This document shows, one piece after another, positions 19,411 through 29,428 of a DNA stretch of 64,000 nt (position 1 is its first letter; each line of letters starts with the position of its first letter). This DNA is from a virus. The notes under the pieces are model-generated. The model saw only the letters and a program-made list of their open reading frames with translations. It did no database searches and was not told the DNA's origin. The position numbers and the translations under genes are program-made. The stretch is taken from the IMG/VR virus record IMGVR_UViG_3300009081_000001, positions 1-64,000 of that record; one strand, written 5' to 3'.

Positions 19411-20069
19411 TGCTTCCTTGGTAGTTTCTTGGTAAGGGTAGGGAGATCCAGCCTGTCTCTAGATGCTACAAAAACAGAGCGTGTCAGGTGAGTAGATGGG
19501 CCAGGCCAACTCCGGGGAAACTCTACGGAGTCGGGCTGTGTCCTGGTGCAGTAAACGTGCTCCAGGTGCTTGCCCAGTTCTCGCATAATCCAGTTGCGGG
19601 CCGGGACATAGGCTATTCCTGATGGTCCCTGGTCCAGTCCAGGCCATTGCGTGTAGCTGTGTAGCTCACCATCGTCCTTGTGATACACGCACGTCTCTAG
19701 TAGGAAGAGGTCACATAGAGGGGCCAGCTCTGCTATTGCTTGCGCGGGCCTTGCCAGGTGATAGAGGGTGCCATAGAGGAATACAATGTTGAAGCGCCCA
19801 CACCCCTTATGCTCCCCCCACTGGTCCAAGTCTGCAAGATAGACGCTACGGTGGGGGTGTCGGTCGAGATGCGTCTTGACGTTATTGAGACTCACGTCTG
19901 TACTGACTATCTCACACTTACGCTCTTCCCAAAAGTGGGTAAGGTGTCCCACTCCCGCGCCCGGCTCCAACACGCTCCTACATTCAAGGTCCAGGCCCAG
20001 GCTTGCCAGATGGTCTAACCTTGCCTTGTTCAGTTGTGTCGCGCCCAGTGAATCAAAGGTCTGCTTCAA
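19407..20069 (-). CDS. Class I SAM-dependent methyltransferase
   Basis: VLEPGAGVG; FLYGTLYHL. Confidence 0.8.
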   Translation of the reverse strand: MKQTFDSLGATQLNKARLDHLASLGLDLECRSVLEPGAGVGHLTHFWEERKCEIVSTDVSLNNVKTHLDRHPHRSVYLADLDQWGEHKGCGRFNIVFLYGTLYHLARPAQAIAELAPLCDLFLLETCVYHKDDGELHSYTQWPGLDQGPSGIAYVPARNWIMRELGKHLEHVYCTRTQPDSVEFPRSWPGPSTHLTRSVFVASRDRLDLPTLTKKLPRKQ

Positions 20070-20952
20070 GTTTCCTCGCTACAATGAGTAGGTGCCAGCC
20101 TACATGCTTCTCCAGCCAGCGAAACAGGCGATAGGGGCAGACGTTCCAGGGGAACCCGCGCCTATAGATGTACTTCTTATACGCTCCGACATTGTATGGA
20201 AAGATGTGCTCTACTTCCATCTTCTCAATCTGAAACCCGCAACTTTCCAGCAATTCCTTTGCGGTTTTCTTGGTATAGGTGTACGTCACCGGGCAACCGG
20301 ATTGCGCCTCACTCTCCAGGGCTACGATCTGGTCCACCGATTTCCGTCGGAAACAGAGATCGCCCAAGTGTCGCATAAGGATGCGTAGAACCTTTGTGCT
20401 CTTGCGGTGATAGAGCATCAAGCGGAACTCGCCGCCGGGCTTGAGGGAGCTATAGGCGTTCTGTACTGCCCGCCAGGGATGGGGAGTATGGTGGATGACG
20501 CCAAAGGAATATACCAAGTCGAAGCTGGTCCACCACTTGATTGCATTCTCAGAAGAACCGAAGTGTTCAAAGTTGTTCGCAACATCTGGCCCACAGAACG
20601 ATTCTTCTATATTTGCCACAACCCAAATAAGGTTCGACAGATCCATTCCCTCTGCGCTTGCCCTTCTGGCAGCAACCCCAATAGACTCCTTGCTGATATC
20701 CACCGCTGCTACCTCTGCACCGGCCTTGGCAAAAGTAAGAGTATCCGTGCCTATCCCACACCCCATCTCAAGTACCCGTTTGCCAGCCCATCTCCACCAC
20801 TTAGAGAACCACATGGTATGAGGCTCGACAAACCGCTTACGCCACGTCACCCCCTGGCTGTAGCCAAGAGGATCCACGTCAATATCGAGAGGGCTGTGCT
20901 TGACGTTGCAGGGCCGCGATGACCAATATCTCTCTACGTCCTCGATAGTCAT
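20053..20952 (-). CDS. Class I SAM-dependent methyltransferase
   Basis: VLEMGCGIGTD, FDLVYSFGVIHHTP, LKPGG. Confidence 0.88.
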   Translation of the reverse strand: MTIEDVERYWSSRPCNVKHSPLDIDVDPLGYSQGVTWRKRFVEPHTMWFSKWWRWAGKRVLEMGCGIGTDTLTFAKAGAEVAAVDISKESIGVAARRASAEGMDLSNLIWVVANIEESFCGPDVANNFEHFGSSENAIKWWTSFDLVYSFGVIHHTPHPWRAVQNAYSSLKPGGEFRLMLYHRKSTKVLRILMRHLGDLCFRRKSVDQIVALESEAQSGCPVTYTYTKKTAKELLESCGFQIEKMEVEHIFPYNVGAYKKYIYRRGFPWNVCPYRLFRWLEKHVGWHLLIVARKLEADL

Positions 20953-21209
20953 AGAAGAACCTTCCAAGTCACCCAGGTTACTACGACATTCCCTATCCAC
21001 ATTAGAACGAATATCATAAGCACTTGCCACCCAGGACCAAACCATTGAAGGGCAAACAAGACCGGGATAAGGCCAAGAGCAAAGCCAAGCAACATACTGA
21101 TCCAGATGTTAATGTCCACCCTGAAAAGGAATCCAAGGACTCCCCATAACAGTGGTGGAGCAACCATCAAGACAATTAGCCCCTGTATACTGGTTAGCCA
21201 TTCCCACAT
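20949..21209 (-). CDS. Small multi-pass membrane protein
   Basis: Three hydrophobic stretches in 86 aa. Confidence 0.6.
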   Translation of the reverse strand: MWEWLTSIQGLIVLMVAPPLLWGVLGFLFRVDINIWISMLLGFALGLIPVLFALQWFGPGWQVLMIFVLMWIGNVVVTWVTWKVLL

Positions 21210-21634
21210 AGTATTCCCTCCAAGATTCGTCTGGTGTGAGGATGCAAGATCATCTCTTCACCAAAGCGTTCGTAGAACTCTCTCGGTCCCTTGTGGCCCG
21301 GTAGGGTGCCCGTAGCAACCCAGTCGGCTACCATCTCCCTGATGTACTTCTCTGGCATGGGCAAGGGCACAACGTCTCCATTTCCGTCGGAAATCAACCA
21401 CGCCTGCCAGTGATGCTTGTTGCGCCTCTGGTGCCTGTACTGCGATTCCCAAAACCCATCCTCATCCCTTTGCTGCCCGTAGTGGTGTTCTGCATAGGGC
21501 AAGAACTCGTCAGGCAGCAGCTTGCTCCAGTCGTGGATGATACCCAACAGGGTTTCACCAAGACGGTGAGCTGCTTTGAACACATGCCATTTGTGATACA
21601 CGAAATACCTCAGGGTCAGGTAGTATTTTCTCAT
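21194..21634 (-). CDS. HD-like metal-binding protein (DUF5662-like)
   Basis: HKWHV, HDWSK, HQRRNKHHW, EMVADW. Confidence 0.7.
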   Translation of the reverse strand: MRKYYLTLRYFVYHKWHVFKAAHRLGETLLGIIHDWSKLLPDEFLPYAEHHYGQQRDEDGFWESQYRHQRRNKHHWQAWLISDGNGDVVPLPMPEKYIREMVADWVATGTLPGHKGPREFYERFGEEMILHPHTRRILEGILCGNG

Positions 21635-21651
21635 TCATTCGTTCCCTTCGT

Positions 21652-22608
21652 TCAGTTGACTTGAGACTCAATCCAGGGATATATCCTGGCGATTGCCTCC
21701 TCTAATGATATACGCGGTTCGCCAAGCCACTGTTTCATCATGGTCAGGTCGGCGTTCCTGCCCCTCACTCCCTGCGTTCCCGGCACATGCTTCTTGACGA
21801 TATCGATGCCAGCAGCCCCGGCTACAATGTCGGCCAGCTCGTCAATGCTCACAAGTCTATCTGTGCCAATGTTGATAGGCTCCCTGCAGCCGCTTTCCAT
21901 GAGACGATGCAACAGGAAGACACAATCATCCACGTAGCAGAATGAACGGGTTTGCTGGCCGTCGCCCCATATCTCTACCTCGGGATTGCCTGTCTTCTTG
22001 GCAACAGCGACTTTGCGGCAGAGGGCAGCGGGCGCTTTCTCTTTACCCCCATCGTAGGTGCCGAATGGTCCCATAATGTTGTGGAACCGCGCTACCCTCG
22101 TCTCCATGCCATAGTCCTCATAGTAGTGCTGGCACGTTCTCTCTGTGACCAACTTCTCCCACCCATAGGCGTCCTCTGGCATGGCGGGGTAGGCGTCACT
22201 CTCCTTCAAGGGGGTCACGTCTGGACTCTCTTGTAGATAGAGAGGATAGATGCAGGCGCTGGAAGAGAAGAGGAACCTCCCCACGTCGTTGATCCTCGAT
22301 GCCTCAAGGGTGTGATTGCTAATCACGCTGTTCTCGAATGCGATCTTGGCATGGTACGCATGAATGAAGCCAATACCGCCCATCGTCGCCGCCAGGGAGT
22401 ATACCTGATCTACTGCCCTGGTAGCAAGTATGCAGTTGTCCCATCGTCGCAGATCCAGAAGCGCAAACTCGTCGGGCTCCTTGCCCGGCCAGCCCCACTC
22501 TGGTCCCTTGATGTCTACTGCCCTTACCCAATGGCCTAACTCCTTGAGATAGCCAACTAGATGGCTCCCGATGAAGCCCCCGCCGCCCGTGACACAGATT
22601 CTAGCCAT
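21652..22608 (-). CDS. NAD-dependent sugar epimerase (GDP-mannose 3,5-epimerase-like)
   Basis: TGGGGFIG, LAATMGGIGFI, SSSACIYP, YGWEK, EKAPAALCRK, QGVRGRN. Confidence 0.9.
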   Translation of the reverse strand: MARICVTGGGGFIGSHLVGYLKELGHWVRAVDIKGPEWGWPGKEPDEFALLDLRRWDNCILATRAVDQVYSLAATMGGIGFIHAYHAKIAFENSVISNHTLEASRINDVGRFLFSSSACIYPLYLQESPDVTPLKESDAYPAMPEDAYGWEKLVTERTCQHYYEDYGMETRVARFHNIMGPFGTYDGGKEKAPAALCRKVAVAKKTGNPEVEIWGDGQQTRSFCYVDDCVFLLHRLMESGCREPINIGTDRLVSIDELADIVAGAAGIDIVKKHVPGTQGVRGRNADLTMMKQWLGEPRISLEEAIARIYPWIESQVN

Positions 22609-23006
22609 GATGCTCCTCGTGTTGTGAGATGTTCTTTCAGCATCATTCCCACTTCTCGCAGGGCACCGGGGTCCAGATGGCTAGGGTTTGGGATATCGGC
22701 ATCGCCAAGTCGCTCCACCTTATAGCTTACCTGAAAAGTCTGCTCAAGGTAGTCATACTGCTGCTGCTCGAATACCAGAATCAGATCCGCCCAGTCTACT
22801 TCTTCCCTGGTCACTAGATGGGCAGCATACGGCTCTGGCTTGGCTCCCAACTCCTCGATGGTTTTCAGCACGTTCTCGCCCGGCAGCATACCGTTGCCCC
22901 AGTCGGTGATACCCGCTGCCTTGGCGGTCACTCCCCAGGAACGCAACAGGGCCGCAGTCATCTGCGAACGGCTGTATCCCCCAGTACACACGCACAGAAC
23001 ATTCAT
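22557..23006 (-). CDS. Low-molecular-weight phosphatase family protein
   Basis: VLCVCTGGYSRS (C-X5-R loop), WADLILVF, DIPNP. Confidence 0.8.
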   Translation of the reverse strand: MNVLCVCTGGYSRSQMTAALLRSWGVTAKAAGITDWGNGMLPGENVLKTIEELGAKPEPYAAHLVTREEVDWADLILVFEQQQYDYLEQTFQVSYKVERLGDADIPNPSHLDPGALREVGMMLKEHLTTRGASWLESVSRAAGASSGAI

Positions 23007-24268
23007 GGTTCGTTCTTTCCCATCCTGATATGAACGCATCCCTCTGGCACCTTCTCTACACACCGCCAGGGGTCGAGTACCATCTTTGCTTTCGATGCAC
23101 TCAAGTCCGTCCACTCTGGCAGCATGACCACAAGGACTGTAGCCTGGCCCAACACTTCCTCATAGGTATGGCTGCATGGGGCCAGCTTATCATAGGTGAT
23201 GGCACCTGTTATCTCTGCCAGCCTTTGCCCCTGTGATTCCTCTGTGACCGGCGTTCCAACCTTATACGCCAGTCCCAGGATACCTACCGTGTCCCTTGGC
23301 GTACACCACTTCTCTACCGTGTGCAGTAAGCGCATGAGTACGTCCCGATTCGTGCGGGTAGTGGCATGAACCAGATAGGGCCAGTCCTCACTTCCAAGGG
23401 CAGAGATAAGAGCCCGTCCATCCCTCGGAAAGCATGGCCCCCCGTAGCCCACCCCCGACTTGAGATACTTCTTGCCAATGCGTGAGTCATGGCCGATGGC
23501 TTGTAGGATGGTATCGCTATTAGCACCTGGCACGATACCCGCAAGCTCCCCTACCATGTTAGCATAGCTGATCTTCATGGTAACGTAGCAGTTCAGTGAC
23601 AGCTTGGCAATCTCGGCGTTGACAAAGCTCATGCGGCGGATAGGTGGGGGAATGTACACTCGGGGGTTGTCGTCAATGTAGAAGCCTCCGTAGACTGCAT
23701 GATAGAACATCTCCAGCATCTCCCCTGCCCTATCGTCACTCTCTCCAATGAGGATAAAGTCAGGGTTCTCCATATCTCTCAGCACGGAGCCAAGGGCAAC
23801 AAACTCTGGAGAGTAGCAGAGGCCGAAGTCAGAGCCACACTTCTTCTTGCTCAACCTCTCCATCAGGTCTGCTATCTGCTGCGTATGCCCTGGCATGACC
23901 GTAGAGACGATGACTACAAGGTGATAGGCGTCCTTGTCTCTAAGAGCAATGGCGATGTTCTCACAGGCGGCTCGAACGTAGTCCAGGGAGAACGCCCCGC
24001 TGTCATCCGATGGCGTAGGGACAAGGATAAAGGTGATCTCCGATTCCTTGACCGCTTTCTGTAGGTTCGTGGTCATGTGAAAGGGGTACTGTGCTACAAG
24101 CTCATTCACACCGGGCTCTGCTACATTTCCGTCGGAAATAGCCTTGATAGCTTGTGGATTTACGTCAACTCCGATGACACTATGGCCCTTGCTCGATATC
24201 CAGGCTGCAAGCGCAGCGCCGAGCTTCCCTAGTCCAACTACGGATACATTCACTTGTTCCTCCTGCAA
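23003..24268 (-). CDS. UDP-glucose/GDP-mannose 6-dehydrogenase family
   Basis: VVGLGKLG, VPTP, STVMPG, YSPEF, GYGGPCFPRD, LGLAYK. Confidence 0.92.
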   Translation of the reverse strand: MQEEQVNVSVVGLGKLGAALAAWISSKGHSVIGVDVNPQAIKAISDGNVAEPGVNELVAQYPFHMTTNLQKAVKESEITFILVPTPSDDSGAFSLDYVRAACENIAIALRDKDAYHLVVIVSTVMPGHTQQIADLMERLSKKKCGSDFGLCYSPEFVALGSVLRDMENPDFILIGESDDRAGEMLEMFYHAVYGGFYIDDNPRVYIPPPIRRMSFVNAEIAKLSLNCYVTMKISYANMVGELAGIVPGANSDTILQAIGHDSRIGKKYLKSGVGYGGPCFPRDGRALISALGSEDWPYLVHATTRTNRDVLMRLLHTVEKWCTPRDTVGILGLAYKVGTPVTEESQGQRLAEITGAITYDKLAPCSHTYEEVLGQATVLVVMLPEWTDLSASKAKMVLDPWRCVEKVPEGCVHIRMGKNEP

Positions 24269-24486
24269 ACTAGCCCGGCCATTCGATTGCCCTCAGTCAT
24301 CCATATGTTTTGCGTACAGGTGAAGCCGGGCGGCACGGTGATCGCAATGCTGAACTCTGTTAGCTCCCTGGTATCCTGCTGTCTCAGCCAACGGTTGCCA
24401 CAAATGCCACCCACGACGATGGCGATAACAAGCACAGCGGTCACACAGACGATGATGGCTACTTTTACTTCATTCCCCTTCATTCG

Positions 24487-25092
24487 TTACCTCCAATGCC
24501 TCAAGCTCTTGTCTACAAAGTCAACAGCCTCTTGTGTTACTTCTACACCAAGGTACTCCGCTATCTCTCGTACTGCCAACTCTGGACACTCTACAAGGTC
24601 ATTGTAGTATACCCAATGGGCATCATCGGGCACGTTCTGCATCATGGCCTTGAGATACCGCAAAGAGATAGCTCTAGCCTCTTCCAGTGTGTGACCACCC
24701 CGGCGAAAGAGGCTATTGGCACACTGGTATGGGTCACGAAACACGGCGATAACCTTGATGCTTCTACAATGAGTCTTCAACTCTGGCAAGAGAAAGCAAA
24801 AGCGCGGGTCTTTCATGGCCCATCGGGGATGCTTCTCAAACTCACGGATAAGACGAATGTAGCCAAGCGGATCTCGATTCCAGAACAGGTGATCGAGGTC
24901 GGGATTCTTCCAGTCTCCCCCCATCATGGCCGTGTGCAGCTCTGTGATACGCTTATCCTCGAAATAGCCCTTGGGGTTGTGGATAGAAGGGGGCCATAGG
25001 TCATCCCCCATGAAGAAGCCTAGATGATGGAGCACCCCTGCCACCGCACTTGTGCCGCCCCTGTTTAGCCCGACTACTGCTACACCTGTCAT
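24487..25092 (-). CDS. Sulfotransferase-family protein
   Basis: VVGLNRGGTS PAPS loop, NPKGYFED, KDPR, FRDP..ANSL. Confidence 0.8.
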   Translation of the reverse strand: MTGVAVVGLNRGGTSAVAGVLHHLGFFMGDDLWPPSIHNPKGYFEDKRITELHTAMMGGDWKNPDLDHLFWNRDPLGYIRLIREFEKHPRWAMKDPRFCFLLPELKTHCRSIKVIAVFRDPYQCANSLFRRGGHTLEEARAISLRYLKAMMQNVPDDAHWVYYNDLVECPELAVREIAEYLGVEVTQEAVDFVDKSLRHWR

Positions 25093-25197
25093 GTTCCTGC
25101 CAGATAGAGAGTCAGTGCGAAGAGGGCTACAAGGGCTAGGGCAAATATCACCACTATAGACGCCAGGCCGCATACCACACAGGCAAGTATTACCATT

Positions 25198-26010
25198 CTA
25201 GAATCCTCCGTCGTAAAACACAGGGCGCTTGCCTTTAATGTACTCCTGCTTGATGCGCTCAAAGTCGGCAACCGGGTCGCGTACAACGTCCATCTTCCAC
25301 TGCGTATAGGCTGTGTTCCCTGGATCAATGTGGTCTATCTCAAAGCCGTGCAGAAAGACACTCTCATAGCCCAGGACGTTCATACGAACAGCGGCATAAC
25401 TATCATCTAATCCGTAGCAGCCCATTTGCCACAAATAGCCAAACCGCCCATTGTCACCTATCAGGCTTCCACGGTACGCTTGGACCGTGCCCATGATGTG
25501 ATTGCAGCTTTCGACAACAATCCACCGCTGTCCTTTCTCGTGGGGCAGGAACCGCAACTTGCTCCTATACCACTGGTTAGTATGGTCGGGCCTTTCTTCC
25601 AGGTCTTTCCTCTTGAGGCCACAGATACCGATAGAGGGATCTCGCTCGAATACCTCTACCATTCTATCTGCCCATCCCGACTCGTGCCACTCCACATCGT
25701 TGTCTATCTTGCACACCGCCTTGTACATAGGCTGATAGTACCGCCACAACTTATTGAGGGCATTGGCCGTCCCAATATTCGAGCCGTTGTATGAGACGTG
25801 ACTGATTATGTCGCTATACTCGTCGTATAAAGCATGGGTAGCAGCACAGGAGCCATTGTCCGATACCATGAGGGTATGCTTGGTAAAGTCAACAGTCCTA
25901 CGCATAGAGGCCAGCGTTCGCCGGGTAAGGGGGTGCCTGTTGTTATCCTCTAGATCGTGCGTGACCATAGTGAGTAAAATGATGCACCCCCTATCAAACC
26001 GAGATAGCAA
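25198..26010 (-). CDS. Glycosyltransferase family 2
   Basis: VSDNGS, NIGTANALN, KIDND, YGLDD. Confidence 0.85.
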   Translation of the reverse strand: MLSRFDRGCIILLTMVTHDLEDNNRHPLTRRTLASMRRTVDFTKHTLMVSDNGSCAATHALYDEYSDIISHVSYNGSNIGTANALNKLWRYYQPMYKAVCKIDNDVEWHESGWADRMVEVFERDPSIGICGLKRKDLEERPDHTNQWYRSKLRFLPHEKGQRWIVVESCNHIMGTVQAYRGSLIGDNGRFGYLWQMGCYGLDDSYAAVRMNVLGYESVFLHGFEIDHIDPGNTAYTQWKMDVVRDPVADFERIKQEYIKGKRPVFYDGGF

Positions 26011-26593
26011 GGAATATGTCGTAGCCCCACATTTCCGTGATTAAGGCTAAGTCCTCGACCTCAAGTTCACTGTGCATACCATGACCGTCTACAAGAACCT
26101 CCATATCCCCATGCGTTTCCTCTACGTCTTTCAGCCGTTCAATCAACTCGGATAGCTTCACTTCTTGCCTCCTATGCTATTCGCTCAAGGCCGTCGGTAT
26201 TGGTCTTGATGTGCCAGAGCCAACCAGGACCACCGGGAACGGGATCGCCACAGTACTCTTGCAACGGCCCCGAAACATAGTCATCGCCGTGCATCCACAA
26301 TTCAACGTGGCCCCTAAGGGTACGAACACAGAGCGCATCGCCTTCAGGAATAAGGTTGCCGTTCTTCGTTTGGGGAAATATCTCAACCTCCCCCTTTCCA
26401 GTATCGGCCACCCGACAGTTGGCAAGCCAATGACCATTGAACCTCACATGACACCGCGAAGCCAATGGACTTCCACCCTCTACCCTCAAGGCGGGATAGA
26501 CTACGCTCCTAGATTTGATAAGGCCCACTACCGGCACACAGGCAGCAGCGGCCCATGCAAGGCATCCACCAAGAAACCCTCTCCTACTTACAC

Positions 26594-26824
26594 TCACTTC
26601 TTGCCCCCCACCCAGTTCACTCCATGATACCCCTTGCGCGTCTCTTCGATGAAACCGCCATGAGCTGCTGCAGCCGTGCCCCAGTTCCAGTGTGCTGTAG
26701 TGAAACAGGGCTTGCACTCACCCCCACACTCTGGACACTCAAGGGGCTCATCCTGCCGCTCTATGCGTCTCAGCGCCTCTACCCTCTCCCCGCATCCCTG
26801 GCACTCATAGACGTATATCGGCAT
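26594..26824 (-). CDS. FmdB-type zinc ribbon protein
   Basis: MPIYVYECQGCG...CPECGG. Confidence 0.85.
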   Translation of the reverse strand: MPIYVYECQGCGERVEALRRIERQDEPLECPECGGECKPCFTTAHWNWGTAAAAHGGFIEETRKGYHGVNWVGGKK

Positions 26825-27276
26825 CAGTCATCCTCCCCATCGGAAAGCCCCAACTCCCGACGCACTTCCTCATAGGGCCTCACACCCTCGTTGACTAGGG
26901 CAGCAACGCCGTCATTTCCGTCGGAAATAAGCCACACCTTCACGCCATGCAGGGGGATCCTTGGCGATGGAAGATACTTGAGGGCCAGCTCGTAGCTCAA
27001 ATCAATGGCAAAGTTGATCTTGTCTAACCACGCCTGGTCCTTCCCCGCCCCACAATCCGCAACAAGAAAAGGGCCTACCAGTTCCCCGGTAGGCAGCTCC
27101 ATTAGCACACTCTTGCCTATGTAGTTCCCCTGCAAGGCTACAAAGCCTAGCGCCCCATCTACTTGCTCCTGCTTTAGATGACGCCACTTGAGACGGTTTG
27201 CTACTACCCTATCCATTATCTCGGGATTGTAGGCTGTAGCCTTGCCCTCGTCTACCAGGGTGAGTATCTTGTTCAA
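26824..27276 (-). CDS. Double-psi beta-barrel (RlpA/3D-like) protein
   Basis: GKATAY...LVADCG...AIDLS pattern. Confidence 0.5.
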   Translation of the reverse strand: MNKILTLVDEGKATAYNPEIMDRVVANRLKWRHLKQEQVDGALGFVALQGNYIGKSVLMELPTGELVGPFLVADCGAGKDQAWLDKINFAIDLSYELALKYLPSPRIPLHGVKVWLISDGNDGVAALVNEGVRPYEEVRRELGLSDGEDD

Positions 27277-28212
27277 TCCTCTTCCTCCTTATACCCCAAC
27301 GTCTCGGGCATAAAGTCACACGACCGAACATCATCAGCAAGCAAGTACAGCATGTACCTCTCCTTCCAGTCAGGATGCCTGATGATCGCCCGAATCATGT
27401 CCAACTCCTCACGCCCCAGTTGCAGATTCACCACCAGATCCGTCAACAGCCTCTCCATCATCTTTTCCTCCCTTATTTGTTCGTTCAGTCCAAAGGTAAT
27501 CCCACCACTGGTAAAACGAAGCACCGGGGTATCATCATATATAGAGATACCGTCAGTATTCCCCGTCCAAGTACACCCATCCATTCACTTACCCTCCGTC
27601 GGAAATCTTACCGCACGTCTTCTTGTGTTCCGCAACCGTTCCTCAATCTGCCCCGCAAGCTCTACGGACCATAGCGTACCAGAACAGGCCCACAAGACCG
27701 CAAGCATCTCGTCTGGTCGCATGAAGATCGTGGTTGGTTCCTCTCTCTCGAAACGGAGATAGACTGTATCTGGTTCAATGCCCTCCGCTATACCAGCACT
27801 AATTGTACAGTTCTCATAGGGCTGCTCCAGAATAGGGACGCACTTGGCAACACGCCCATCTCCAAAATCAATCTCCATGTCACTCCCTATTTCCGTCGGA
27901 AATGTAAGCCTGATACGCTGCCTCTAACTCTTCTGGAAAACAGTCCACTTCCCAGGATTCACCCATCAGCCTCAACCAATTCCCGCTAGAACTACGCTCA
28001 TACGTGGGCCACTCTTCCCTATCCGTCTCCACAACCCAACTCACATACGGACCATCTACACTAAGAACCTTCATTCCCTTCCCCTCCTTCTCTATTAGGG
28101 GATGAGGCCAGGCCGTACATCTGGCTCGCACCGCACTCCCAAGGCAGCACCCGGCGGTGTCTATGGTCATCAGTGTCTCGGACTCCCCACACCTCTCATC
28201 CCCATGAACACC

Positions 28213-28241
28213 ATTATACTACCATGAACACCTACTGTCAA
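28213..28241 (-). promoter_or_regulatory. Consensus promoter for the leftward arm, with direct repeat CCATGAACACC flanking the -10
   Basis: TTGACA-17-TATAAT on minus; 11-bp repeat at 28202 and 28222. Confidence 0.8.
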
Positions 28242-28835
28242 GATTCTCACTACGGTACATATTTGCCGCTCATCCTATGAATAGATATAGGGAGATAGGG
28301 GGATGGATGCTAGTGGGTATACCCCCCCCTACCCTATCGTAGACAGAGCATGAGCCCCCTAGCTACAGGAGGCGCTAAGAGAAAGGGTTAAAAGCCTGTA
28401 GCGGCAGTAATGGGGAACCCCTCTGCACTGGCGAGTGTGGAGCTGTAGCATGGAGCGTGCTACAGGTCGATAGGCGGAGATACCTACTCAAAAGGTAGGA
28501 GGGCATAGCAGCACATGCCTACTCTCATGCTCTGTACTGGTACTGGTGCAGGTGCCACCACTGCACCTTCTTCATGGGCAGGATCAGGTGATGCAAGATG
28601 ATAGCCTTGCTACAGTTCGAGTCTGTACTTGCCTGCATAGCCTATACCTATAAGGGGGTGCTATGTCTCTTTTCCGTCGGAAACGCAAGCCTGACCCCAG
28701 GCAGGAGCTACTTACTACCTATGCACACCAGGAGTATGTAGCCAGGGTGAGCGTGTGTGCGCATGGTAACTGTGAGACGTGCTCCTATAAGGCGTCTTGC
28801 ACAAGGTATCACTCCAAGAAAGGAAGGGTTGTATA

Positions 28836-28881
28836 GCACAACAGTTCGAGGATTGACAACCGTTCAGCAGTATGGTACGAT
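28836..28881 (+). promoter_or_regulatory. Rightward promoter with degenerate SOS-like box
   Basis: GCAC-AACA-GTTC, 5 bp, TTGACA-17-TACGAT. Confidence 0.65.
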
Positions 28882-28927
28882 AGTCTATGAAGGTGAACCC
28901 TACCTTAGTGGGAGAAAGGTTCTAGAG

Positions 28928-29221
28928 ATGGATTTCTCTCAACCCAGTGGCAAGTTTGGCTACGGTCGGATGGTGGTGGACTATACCCGCTTTGGCAAGT
29001 GCGTCAATGCGATTGTGAGGGTGGGGGAGCTGTCCCAACACCTGTTTGGTGTTGATGACGTGGTTATAGGCGGCATCTACGAGCTAGACCACTTCCTCAC
29101 TCTTGGAGAGCCCGCCGAGCTGCTTGGCTTCAAGCCCAAGTTCGCTGATATGTACGAGATGGCCGTGTGGGATGAGTCCCATCGAGTGACCACCGTACAG
29201 TATGATAGCCTGCGAGACTAA
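28928..29221 (+). CDS. Hypothetical protein
   Basis: ATG at 28928 downstream of the promoter; followed by palindrome and terminator. Confidence 0.55.
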   Translation: MDFSQPSGKFGYGRMVVDYTRFGKCVNAIVRVGELSQHLFGVDDVVIGGIYELDHFLTLGEPAELLGFKPKFADMYEMAVWDESHRVTTVQYDSLRD

Positions 29222-29272
29222 ATTGAAAGAGTGATGGGAGAGGCCCATCACTAACCGTTTCCGTCGGAAATA

Positions 29273-29302
29273 GAGCCCCTATCTCTAGGGGCTCTTTCTT
29301 TT
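29273..29302 (+). terminator. Intrinsic terminator
   Basis: AGAGCCCCT-loop-AGGGGCTCT followed by TTCTTTT. Confidence 0.75.
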
Positions 29303-29428
29303 CCCCTACAACTAAATAACCCATAGCCCTGATGCGCCTTAATCGTGCATCAGGGCTATGGGTTGTGAAGGTTGTGCCCTGCCAAGGGCGTTGCCTACCT
29401 CTTTAGGTAGGTATCTCTGAAAGGAGAT

